DNA of 59,917 nucleotides, filler included, from Sphacelaria rigidula (taxonomy: Eukaryota), in assembly GCA_964200075.2 (NCBI GenBank). It is 10 parts of 10 records of this genome, joined end to end, with 100 filler letters (N's around TTAATTAATTAA, not from the genome) between each part and the next. Parts side by side here need not be neighbours in the genome. Positions count along the whole stretch, not along the records: positions 36,013 to 41,914 come from CAXNAA020023624.1; positions 42,015 to 47,915 come from CAXNAA020023625.1; positions 48,016 to 53,916 come from CAXNAA020023626.1; 7 more parts are not named here. The stretch is one strand, 5' to 3'. A model generated the notes under the pieces. It worked only from the letters and a program-made list of their open reading frames with translations. It had not been told where the DNA came from and did no database searches. Each line of letters begins with the position of its first letter. The first letter of the stretch is position 1. The translations under genes were made by a program, and so were the position numbers. Shown piece after piece: positions 37,035-48,243 of the stretch.

Positions 37035-37409
37035 CTGTTGTTGAGAGTTTGGAACCAAATCACGCGGTTGGGATTAGGATTGGCACATGGTGCAGAGAGT
37101 CAGGAGGGCCACGTGGGTGGCAACGGCGGCGGAAGATGAGGATGTGATGGAAGTATATCTAGATGTTCTGCTTGTGCTCAAGATCGTCTCTCAAATTTCG
37201 GTGCCATGTGGAAGATATTTTCGGGTACATGTCTACGTACAACCTTGATCACCCTAAATTAAAAATCAGTTTGTTTAGAGCTCACAAGTACTTCAGTGCA
37301 CTTTAGCACCGCGATGACCATCCACCCCAGGGCAACCGCACGGTCAAAACCGTACTACACGCAACGAGGCACCAACCGAGACACAGTCTAGAGAATACGC
37401 ACGACGTAC

Positions 37410-37594
37410 CCCCTCCGCTTCATGCGACTCCGTCGTCGCTGGCCGGAGTTGTTGCTCCCCGTCGATGCCGGTGGCGCGGCCTCTCTCTCCGTCCTCCGCT
37501 TAGCTTCCTGGATGGAAACCGAGAAGGAACTTCTCCTTGCGTGCCTTTCTGCCTCGGTGGCCATTTCCTCCAGCTTCGACTCCACCGCCGACAC
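37410..37594 (-). CDS. Exon B of the same gene
   Basis: CTCAG| acceptor (phase 0), |GTACGT donor (phase 2). Reads VSAVESKLEEMATEAERHARR... Confidence 0.75.
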
Positions 37595-39090
37595 CTGAGT
37601 CGTTGTACGACGAGGAGGGCGCAGAAGATACGCGTTTTTCGTTCGCATGTCGCAAATAGTTGCTGGACACTGCATACGCCAGAGGAACTGCACACCCTGA
37701 CGGGGGATGAAGACCGACCGTCCCTGGTGTTTACTTGCTCTCTGCACCCAGCGTTTCCGACAAACACGGTGCTGCGAGGTCAAGCAACTGCAAGAGAACG
37801 TGAAATGAACTTGTTTACCGCCTCCCTCGGATGGACGGTTCCATCGTAAACACCGACGAGTCGAGTATTTCGCAGGTAGCTTCAACCTGATCGTTGAATG
37901 CCCCGTGCCTCTCTAGACGCTGTAGACTCTGTAACCACAACGACGACACTTGTTGTTGCTTTTACCTGAATCTAGGAGAATTGAGCCTCACTGAAGATCG
38001 ACCGTTATCAGCGCGTTGTTGCGAACGCTACGGAGCACATGAGTTGAGGCAAACTACATCTTGCAAATGAGGGCGCTAATGAGGACGCCGGCCACTGAAA
38101 GCGGGGCAAGTTTATCTATGTCGAGGTGCGCTTTAAAGGACTGTTTCCCATCAAAATTTCCTGGTCGTTGGTGTCGCGAGGGTGTGCAAGTCATATGGTT
38201 CCTCGTACGCTGATGCCGCGGCTTAAACCATAACAGGGCGTATTATATGAAGGCAATGGCACCCAAAGGTTTGACCTGTCTACCTGCCTGCCTGCCTAGG
38301 TCTCTTCAATCGCAACTAGCGTGGTCAATTCAAGGTTCAAGACTGATTCCCTCGCTACTTCCGTCTTTCCTTGTGAAGCGCACCCAAGGTACGCTCGCTT
38401 CACCTGCTGGTCACCGGTATGACTGCGCTATTGCCGTGAGGTGACGTCCTCAATCACGATAGTCCTCCCGAAGCACCCGAGATATATGCGGCCTTTCAAT
38501 CCCTGGACGTCGCCGAGGTTAAATCCCCACCTTATTTCTCCCCTCACGCCAAGAATGCTGCACTATTTACTGACTAATCATCTTATCTGTGCTCTCAGGG
38601 GAATGTGTCCTGTCGCTGCGGCTCAAGGATGGGAATCATCATACGATATCGATGTGGCACCAAGAGTTTTTGCTGCTGCCTCTCCATACCTCCGAATGTT
38701 GTTCTGAGTAATACCCTATGTGCACAGCTTTCTCTGCCATGAGTTCACTTTAGCGAGAACGGCTATCCCCATTCGTCAGCCCCCTCTCGCGCGCGCCTCT
38801 CTGTGTGTCTCGTGCGTACACGGACAATTGATATCGACCGGTGAACAACACAAACACGTTGGCAAAACACAGGCCAGCTCCTACATCTAAAAAAACGTTA
38901 CCCCTGACTTATTTGCCGAACGTCCTCGTTCACCTCAAATATTACCCCCGATCCCTCCCGCCACACACACACTAACATACACACACCCTGCGCCTCTTCA
39001 CCATCTGGTAGCGGATTTCGTTCACAGGGCACACACAAATGACACACCCGAACGGAATGAATCAGTCGGGACTTCGCTCCTGTACCTTAC

Positions 39091-39367
39091 CTGGGCCGGT
39101 CGAAGAGAGCTCTGACTGATGACTAGATTGGGATTGAAGGTCGCGGCGTCCTTCGCGGCCCGCTCCAGGTCATTGGCCTTCGACCTTAAGGAGTTCTGCT
39201 TTCGTCTCAACCATTCTTCCTGTCTCTCTACGAAGGACAGCCCGTTGAGGTCGACGTTACCGTCTTCATCGCAGCCATCGAGTCCTCCAGGGGAAATATC
39301 GTCACCGCCGTTGAAAGCAGACGACGTTCGTTGATGACCGGCATTCGAGCCAACCGAACCTCCTCGC
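39091..39367 (-). CDS. Exon A of the same gene (further upstream exons not identified)
   Basis: Pyrimidine tract plus CAG| acceptor, CAG|GTAAGG donor (phase 0). Reads LSFVERQEEWLRRKQNSLRSKANDLERAAKDAATFNPNL. Confidence 0.8.
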
Positions 39368-39422
39368 CTGGTTGTTCCCGCAGGACGGGAGAGAAAGGGG
39401 GGTCGGCGACGGGGGTGTGTGT

Positions 39423-39945
39423 GGGGGGGTATACTTATGATCTCGCATGTCGTAGTCATATGATCATCGACCTAGCATCACTACAGAGCCGGGGCGGACG
39501 GAGCACGCCGGGTTTTCGCCGCACCAGGCTCGCAATCAATCACCAAGAGCGAAGCGCCGTGATGTGTTCGGCGAGTCGCATGAGGGATGGTCTGCATCCT
39601 GTTGAGATTGTTCGGCCCGAAGCGTACTGATTATCTTGCAATTCGGATGGCAGCCTCCAATGAGTTGCTTCATTTTCTGGTATTGCCATTTCCGGAGACA
39701 ACCACAGGCAGGTTACACACTGCCTCATGGGTGTTTCACCATTTGAACGCTTCGTACTATGATCGCCCGCTTTGCGCTGAATTGAGGTTCTCCCACCCCG
39801 CACAACATGATCTAGCTCGACCACCATCACGGTTACCCCGAAAAAAAAAAAACGCAAGCGCAAAAAAAATAGTAACCTGGTTGTCTGGCTTACGCAGTGA
39901 GTGGCGCGTTTTATAGCATCGTTACCAACCGACGCCAACCCCGAA
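39423..39945 (+). mobile_element. ~520-bp interspersed repeat, long form of the GGGGGGTACTCAT-head family
   Basis: Colinear with 59310-59820(-). Fragments at 36171-36430(+) and 17846-17906(-). Confidence 0.8.
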
Positions 39946-40186
39946 GGGTAAGGGGGGGTTGCGGTAGTGCAGAATAGGTGTGCGGCAGGGTGGTGGACGC
40001 TAAATGTGATTTTTGTTCACGGAAATATTCATGGTCTTGACCACCATTTGTGCGGAAAAGGCAACTTTCACTGTCGCGTGTATAGCGCTGCTTCCTATGT
40101 TGGCGAAAGTATCGTACCCACGTAGACAATCTTGTCTGCGTACAAAAGTATGCAGCACAGTGTTCAAATGCCGAAAGACAGGAACA

Positions 40187-40555
40187 AACAGTGGATTCTC
40201 GGAAATGGGATTGAAAATGAAAGGAGGCTCAACTCGAAAGCCGTGCATTTCCTGACCTAGATTCATGGCAAATGACTTTCATACGGACGACCTCATCCCT
40301 CCCGACCTGCCTAAAACTTTCTCGGGGGATGTTTAGCCTTCCGTTCCTCCAAAGGGTATATGCGAAAGCACGATTTTTGGGCCAAAAAACATCATTTTGT
40401 TCACCCCCAACATAGCTTTAGAGAGGTCGGGAGGGACGAGGTCGGATGAGGTCGTCCGTATGAAAGTCATTTGTCATGAATTTAGGTCAGAGAAAGCACG
40501 GCTTTTGAGCTGAACCTCATTTTTTTTTCAACCCCATTTTCCAGAACCCACTGTT
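40187..40555. mobile_element. Fold-back MITE with ~140-150-bp inverted arms
   Basis: The left arm aacagtgg...aaatgactttcatacggacgacctcatcc...ggggg mirrors the right arm ...ggatgaggtcgtccgtatgaaagtcattt...ccactgtt. No TSD seen. Confidence 0.8.
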
Positions 40556-42014
40556 GAAAACGGTTCAACCTGTGAATCCAGTTTGAACAAGAGGCCTCGC
40601 AGAGGTGATGGTGAAACACTCGCTTCGTGCAGTAAAATAAAAGAAGACTGTTATGACTGGCGCTTCACTTGGCCAACGCAAGAATCAAACACACTCAGTT
40701 TCTACTCAACAGGACACTGATGATAAACTGGTAAGCCTGCTTGAGATGGGTAGCTTTGGAGAGTAATCATAGCGAAGGGATGTATCAATCTCTCAACAAA
40801 ACTCTTGGATACTATCAAACCGTTCATCCAAACCGTTGATACCTTAGACTCCACGTACCAATCTCTTCGCTATCCCGACAGCTCTTCATCACTTTGACAC
40901 TTCTGTCTCTACCGCGAGCTTTTCACTATTTCACGACGGGTGTTTTACCTCTTCTATTACTGCCATCTTTCCTACTGATGCTGTACCGTACAAGTAACGG
41001 GTTCTGCCGCTAAACTTGTATATATTCGGAACAGTTATTTCTTAAATCCCAAGTCTCTGCCCACCTCTCTCCATCTATCTATCCCTCTCTCTCAGTCTTT
41101 GGTGTTTCTTTTTATTTGTTTTATCTTATTTTCTTCAGCTCTCTCCACATGTAGCAAATGTGTGCGCATATTTACCCTGTGATACGTCTTTCTCGTGACG
41201 ATGGCTGGATTCGTGGCAGATCGGCGAATGCGAATAAATCGTTCAAGCGCTTGAATCACTCAACCACCTAATCAATCTGAAGAGTAGCGACGACGCTGCC
41301 TTCGGAAACCCCACGCAGTCGTGACGCCCGCCCGCCGGCCAGCTGCATACATACATGCAGCACATAGCCAAACACGATCAAATTTTTCAGACTCTGGCGA
41401 ATTCGACTCTACTGGACGCAACGCGTCTAGCTTAACAGCATGGTTTTTCACACCACCGAATACACGCGTACATCTTTCACATGCCCACCTCCCTGAACCG
41501 ATTCGAAGATGGCCATGTGAGACTTGTGCTCGGTTCAGAGATGGTTCCGTGAGCGTTTCGCTTTTGCCGCCCGGTTCAATGATGGTGGTGTGAGACTAGT
41601 GTCCCGTTCAGAGATGGCCGAATGAGATAATATTTGACACAGCTTTTCGTGTCTATCCCGAGCGATCATGTGTGTTTCTGTACCGACCGGACTGGATATT
41701 TCTAGTTCGAAAAATCGAAATATCGGATCAATGTCGGTTCTCGGAACCTTCTCTCACATGCCATGACAACAATTCTTGTTTCGAATCCTTGTTCTCGAGC
41801 GACAGTGTTTTGGAAAACACCCTTCCCCCCCCCCCCCCCTACAGGGAGGGAGCGAGCGCGCTCTCAAAAAGGAACACGTACCAGTTAACAAAAGCCTAAA
41901 CGACAAGCACACGANNNNNNNNNNNNNNNNNNNNNNNNNNNNNNNNNNNNNNNNNNNNTTAATTAATTAANNNNNNNNNNNNNNNNNNNNNNNNNNNNNN
42001 NNNNNNNNNNNNNN

Positions 42015-43361
42015 TGGCTCAAATGTTATCTATGGTTGTCAATGATCGCCAAAATGATTGGGATCTTCACCTGTCACATGTCATGCTGTCCTACAACAAT
42101 TCAGTTCACGCTGCCACCGGTCTTTCCCCAAACGAGCTGCACCTTGGTCGCTATCCGTGTCCACCCATCACAGTGTTTGAAAGGCACACCTTCGACAGTC
42201 ATAAAGGCTTGGATCAGGATCAGATGTCCTACAATGCCCTGGCACGTGCGCGCCAACGCAAAGCGTTCGCCTTAGTACGTGAGCAAAACGCTATTAACGC
42301 TTCGCGCATTGAGCGATCAAATACCGCTCTCTACAATATGATGCATAAACGCCCCACGTGGAAGGTTGGTGACTGGGTTTGAGTCTACAACAGTTTGTCG
42401 ACTATTCGCCAAGGCACTAACAGAGCTGCTAATGAGACAGCGTTGAAAACGAAATGATCTCTTAACTGGACTGGGCCATTTAAGATTTTAGCCGTAGGAC
42501 CTTCGCCCACGTCACCTGATGATAGACCTGTTGGCGACAAGCTCCTTTACCTTGATATCCCTCGTGATTTTCACGGACCCGACGCCAAATCTCGCGTCTC
42601 TGTGCACAGATGCAAACCTTGCACGAATCCGCATAACACGAGCGACATGCCGAAATATTTGCCTGCCGGCCTCATGCAATATGTGCTCAACAGTTATTCG
42701 ACCAAATCACCGCCTTATCACGTTACCACTGATGATGTGACGCAACAACCCCTCCGCTTGGCCGTTTCTCACATTTCTGGACACCAGATCACTCGTGGTC
42801 CAGGTGGTAAGATTGCTGTAATGTACAAAACTCATTGGCAAGGTCTTCGATGAGCGTCGTGGGAACGCGAGTCCGACCTGCAGTTGCACCGCCGTGCTAT
42901 CCTCCTGTACTGGACACAACCCCAACAGCAGCATATCGCTAATAATAAGCGATACCGTGCCATGCGCTGTGGCGCAGCGGCACGCGAACTTCACCGCGAC
43001 AAAGGTCTGCGTTTTGTCGCTGATGGCTATGAACTCGTGCCCACCAAACATTGGGAGACAAAGATTCACGCTAAACAAGGAGCCCTTCCCAAAGGTGCCT
43101 ATTTGTGGTACAAAGGCAGCGACAATCTTTGGTGGTTAGGTCAAATTCATTCCGCTGACCCGAACACGCCCAACACTTACATTCGTGCGTTTCATCGATA
43201 ATCCTGGGCCTGTCCAACTCAAGCTTCGCCCTGAGTTATATACCATCAGCCCCTCCGCTCAACACCGCTCATGGTGCCTCCAGCGGCTGAAATCAAAAGG
43301 CCTCGCCCGTGGCATCCAACGCAACATTGATCACATACACGATGTTCACGCGCCAATTTGA
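42015..43361 (+). mobile_element. Ty3/gypsy pol 3' end (integrase C-terminus, GPF motif, chromo-like domain and an extra domain), pseudogenised
   Basis: Contains DWDLHLSHVMLSYNNSVHAATGLSPNELHLGR, NWTGPFKILAV and ISGHQITRG...MYKTHWQG...SWERESDL. In-frame TGA at 42380, 42455 and 42851, plus a frameshift near 43185. Confidence 0.92.
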
Positions 43362-44050
43362 GGTTTTCCTTGCCTCGCTCTTTCTCCAAACCTTTCTATT
43401 TCTCCTTCTTTGCCCTGTGTTGCTGTCGCACAGTTTACCCCCCCCATCTTGACCCCAGGTCACTTTGTTCCGCCATCCGCTGGCGACCTCTCGCTCGGAC
43501 CATGGAGCCCTACTTTCCCCTTCTGCTGCCAACCTTCCTCCTCACAAATCTTCAGCGCCTTCCGCTCCTGGAACCTTCTTCATGAATATTCGACATCTTC
43601 ATTCCACGCTGCTGGAGTTTGCTGGAGTTGCTCTTTTCATGCTCTTGTTTTGCCCTCCTGGCCTTACCGGACTTTCAAAGTCCTACCGTTGCTGCCTTCA
43701 TTCGCTTTTCTGTTACGCCGTCACTTAGCAGGATTGTGCTATTGTTGCGTTTTTGCCATCTGGTTTAGCTAGCGCGGCAAAACATGTTTCTGTTTTTCCG
43801 TAGAGTTCGCTAGCCCGCAGTAAGCATTGCGTGCTTCTGCACCGTCAAGCGTGCTTACGCTTCCCGTAGCAAGTTTCGCTTTATTTTCGTCGTTCGAGGT
43901 GTAGGAACGTCAGGCTTGTTGCCCTCTGCGTCTTGAATGCTGTTATTTTTCTTGTCTTTTCATGACTTACGAGGAGAAAAACCTCCATCTTCGCTGCTCT
44001 CTGGCGTTTTTTTGTCGCAACTGCGACAGAGGTTCGTCTGGAGAGGCGAA

Positions 44051-44453
44051 TGTCATGAAAACAAGCAGCATTGAGTTTTCAATGTTCGGGTTTTGGATGA
44101 CGGGTCTGATCGGAGGGCCAGATATAGTGTGTACACTTACAAAAGGGTATGAGCAGCACTTCAGAGCGCACTCTTAGGTACTGTTTTCGAGCACCCAGGA
44201 GCTATCAACATCTGACTATTGTCCGATTGTTGAGCCACAAGCGTGGAAGAGCATTGAGCAAGAAGAAAAAGCATTGAGCAAGAAGAAAAAGGATTCTATT
44301 AACAAGAGCCTTGAGTCAAGTAGACATCAACCTATTGTGCGTGAACTCCTCACGAGTTGTGCCCCAGATAAGGAGTCTGACGTGCCGTGCTGGACGCGTT
44401 TCTGCACCCAAATTGAGAGTGCCCCTCGGTTAAAGCACCATAACATCGTGACA
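44051..44453 (+). repeat. 3' LTR of the plus-strand gypsy element
   Basis: PPT ggagaggcgaa followed by TGTCATGA...TCGTGACA inverted ends. Confidence 0.75.
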
Positions 44454-45577
44454 CTGTGACGCCTGCTATTCCTTTTTTTCAGTATTTATTACTCCTTTCG
44501 GCAGGTGCCTGTTTATTTTTGCCCCCCTCCAACAGATAGGGGTGACTCAAAGTGAAATAAAGAGATTTCGCGCGAAGCGCGGTTATGGCCGAGCGTTTGA
44601 AAGTCGTCACTGGGCAAAATTCAAGGACCTACCTGAAATCAGGGAAAGAACTATCGAATGAGACATGTCCTGTGCCACTGCGCCGCAGCGCAAACACACT
44701 TGTGCTCTGTCTTGTGTGTTGTAGGTGTCGCTGCGCTGTGGTGTCTTCAGGCCTTTGTGGAGACGGTTTGATCTCCGCTGTAAGTGCCTGAGTTGCTTTA
44801 TACTGCAAGTCCGTTCGTCTCTATGAAAAATGATATTGTCGGCACGCAGTGCTCTCTACACGCCGTTGAAACGTTGATAGTGTGTTTAGTGTTGGCTGTT
44901 TCGTCTCGAGTCAAAGGAATAAGGCGCTCCCCAAACCCACCATTTCTATGCTGTAGTTTTCGCTGTGCTGTTGGGCACCTAAACACTCTACGACGACCAC
45001 GGTGCGATGTGCACTGGAGAGTGCGTGCTGCTGCATGCCGTGTTTCGGGCTGCACAGAAATGAGGTGAAATCAAGGTGCTGTCGGAACGAAGAAAGTTTG
45101 AAACAATCGTCCCATGACGGCTGTACAGCTTCTCTGGTACTTCATTCATAGTCGGGTGCTGTGATCGGAGAAGACACGCCAGGCGGGTTCGTGCAGGTTG
45201 GAATGAAGAAACTGAGCCAGCAGGGAGCTGCTGTATCCTCGTTTATTGTCGATAGCAGCTGTCTGTGTTGCAGCGGCGTAATGTGTGGACCAATCAAAGC
45301 TGTATCCTCGCAATGTTAGCTTTGAAAACCTGTCTAGGGGATGTGGTATCTTGAGCGACCTACAATAGTGAGTGACGGTGCCAATGCGCCAGTGTACTGC
45401 TCCGTCTTGTGCACTGCGGCCATACTAAAACAGCCATATCGTATCGAATATCGATACCGAATACGTATCGTTTCATTTTCGGAATATCGGCAAAACTATC
45501 CGTATCGCCATTTGTGATTCGATATTCTAAGAATATATGCGAGCTGGGACAGCCGAGAAGCTATTCTGCAGTTTGCA

Positions 45578-45849
45578 GGCCCGTTACCTGTGCATGGCCA
45601 ATATTTAGAGTTGGACCCTGAACTTTGGTATGGACAATGAATAGGGCATGATAGAAAAAATCACTATTGGATGATTTTTTTTTCCCCGATGAGTTAGGGG
45701 CATTTTACCGATATCTGAAAACGGATTATTGCCCTCAACTCATGAAAAAAGAATTCTGTGTTCACTGATATACTTCTTTTTATCACGCTATTCGTTATCC
45801 ATACGAACGAAACAGGGTCCAACTCTAAGTATTGGCCGTATAATGGGCC
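45578..45849. mobile_element. MITE with ~70-bp imperfect TIRs (GGCCC start, possibly Harbinger-like)
   Basis: ggccaatatttagagttggaccctg versus cagggtccaactctaagtattggcc (24/25), with weaker inverted similarity on both sides. Confidence 0.7.
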
Positions 45850-46163
45850 GTTTAGTGAGGGGGTCAGAATAAATTCGGGTGCAGTATTTTGCAGGCCACT
45901 TACCGGCCCATGTTTGGTGTTTGTGTGTTGAACCTTTTTGAGGGCCGTGGCTAGGGCATAATTGACGAAATAAAGTGGGTCAGGTTGTTTTTTTCTTATT
46001 TTTCACTGGTTCAGGGCTGTTTAGTATGGAAACCGCCGTTGTTTGACGAGAACGCCTAACCTCTCCCAAAAAAACAAACTGAGGGCCCATTTTGTTTTCA
46101 TTCAGCATACCTCTGGTTCTTTCTTCCGAGTTTCAAATTACAATCCTAAAAGTTGAGCTAAAA

Positions 46164-46710
46164 TGTTGAGATAATGTGATATAGAATGGGACGTGACACA
46201 AGGTCCAACGCCTTCCTAACTATGATCAGTGTGCTGCAGGCTTGAGTAGGTGCACAAACGCACCAGGTGTCCGAGTAAAGCAAGCTGCAAATGCACACGT
46301 GCAGGTTCCCGTGACTGTTGGTCACAGTAGCAACAACAAAAGGAGCTCAAAGGCTTGATATCTTTTTAACTCTCACTGATTATCCCCGCGATCGCCCAGC
46401 ACACTGTTCTCACCAGTGGTAAACAGTAGGAGCAGATGGTCCGGCTCGAAGGATAGCTCAAGAGTGAGCAAGGATGCATGGGTACATGCGACGCAACCTA
46501 TCTGAATTCGGCCCGAGAAGGCGTTTGCCTCCTCGGGGTCAGGGCATCTCAGCCTGCACACTAATCTTCCCTAGAGTACAGCCTGTACATCCACTTTTCC
46601 CAGAACTTCGGAAGCATTCCCATGGCTGGATCGAGTGATCTGTGAGCCAACCTGCCCCAAAACTGTCTGGAGGAACAAATAACGCCTCTCTATCTTCCTT
46701 CCTCATGACA
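46164..46710 (-). repeat. 3' LTR of the minus-strand gypsy element (distal end approximate)
   Basis: The minus strand reads agaggttcgtctgggtgggtgag|TGTCATGA, the same junction as at 44051. Candidate end ...CTCAACA. Confidence 0.6.
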
Positions 46711-47319
46711 CTCACCCACCCAGACGAACCTCTATTTGAGTTGCGATGAAATCTCAGGAGCAACTAAAATTGAGGCTTGTCTCACCCATCAAGTCATGAG
46801 GAGACAATGCGAAAAAGAAAAAGAAAAACAAGAGGGCAATAACGAGCCTGGTGCCCGATCCTCCCACACCTCGAAGCAGAGAAACCCAAAGGTGCCTCAA
46901 AAAGCGCAATACTCAATTGCAATTGACTGCGCAGGAGCACACAATGCTGCTGCTGGAGCTAGCGAACAAACGGAAAAAGCACACAATGCTTGGACGCGCT
47001 AGCCAAGTAGAAAGCAAAGCAAAACCCCGCAAAGGACACAGTGGCAATTCACGCAAGACACAAAACTCAAAGACCCAAACAGGGTCGAGTGTCAGACAGA
47101 CAAAGCGGCGGCAGCGTAGGGGCCAATGGAAGGGGGCGAAGGGCTCCAGAAGAAGGCGTCGAAGGAGTTGATGAGGGCATAGATGAGCCGCGATAGGAGA
47201 GCCAGCGTAGGTGAAGCAGTGAAGAGTAGAGCGTACCTGAGGGGGACGAAGGAAGTACCAGAACCAAACTGGGAGGGGAGACACAGACCGCGTTAAAAGG
47301 GAGTGCGAAGAGATAGAAC

Positions 47320-47915
47320 TCAACATGGTGCATTGATGTCGTGGGTACGATCGATATTGCGCTGAAAACCTCGACGTAGCCCGTGTGACTTGAAGCGTTG
47401 TAGACACCAAGAACCGCGGGGTGCGGAAGGGCTGGTCGTGTAAAAATCGGGGCGAAGCTTGAGCTGAACTGGGCCAGGGTCGTCGAGGAAACGCACGATG
47501 TACGTGTCGACCGCGAGGGCATCGACGGAATGGATCTGACCTAGCCACCAGAGGTAATCGCTGCCCTTATACCACAAGTAAGCACCTTTTGGGAGCGGTT
47601 GTTGCTTTGCGCGAAGTTTTTCGTCCCATTGTTTGGTGGGTACGAGTTCGTAACCATCGGCTACAAAACGTAGTCCTTTGTCACGGTGGAGTTCGCGAGC
47701 TGCGGCGCCACGTCTCATGTTGCGATATCCCTTGTTGTCAGCGAGCTGTTGCTGTGGGGATTGTGTCCAATAGAGAAGGATGGCACGGCGGTGCAGTTGA
47801 AGGTCGGACTCGCGTTCCCAAGACGCACGCCGAAGACCTTGCCAGTGTGTCTTGTACATGACAGCAACTTTGCCGCCGGGGCCTCGAGTTATTTGGTGGC
47901 CGGAAATGTGGGACA
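47320..47915 (-). mobile_element. Ty3/gypsy pol 3' end, second related element, frame open
   Basis: MYKTHWQGLRRASWERESDLQLHRRAILLYW...LPKGAYLWYKGSDYLWWLGQIH...YIVRFLDDPGP is a close paralogue of 42770-43361. Confidence 0.92.
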
Positions 47916-48015
47916 NNNNNNNNNNNNNNNNNNNNNNNNNNNNNNNNNNNNNNNNNNNNTTAATTAATTAANNNNNNNNNNNNNNNNNNNNNNNNNNNNN
48001 NNNNNNNNNNNNNNN

Positions 48016-48243
48016 TGTCGTGGGTACACAAAATTCGACTTCATGGTCGACGAGGGAAAGGGACTGCTGAACCCCTCTCGCGATGAAAAATAAAGGCAAG
48101 CACCGCAGAAGGAAGGTGGGGTACTAAAAAAAATCCTGTTTTGACCTTCCTAATGTGTGACCCCGGCTGATGCGCCCACATATCCCGAAAAAGGGTAGGC
48201 TGGCGCCCAGAATAAATGGGACGACAAAACACACACACAACAC
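48016..48243 (+). mobile_element. tRNA-derived SINE, copy 4 (cut by the contig start)
   Basis: Shared body and ccagaataaatgggacgac plus a CA tail. Confidence 0.85.
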
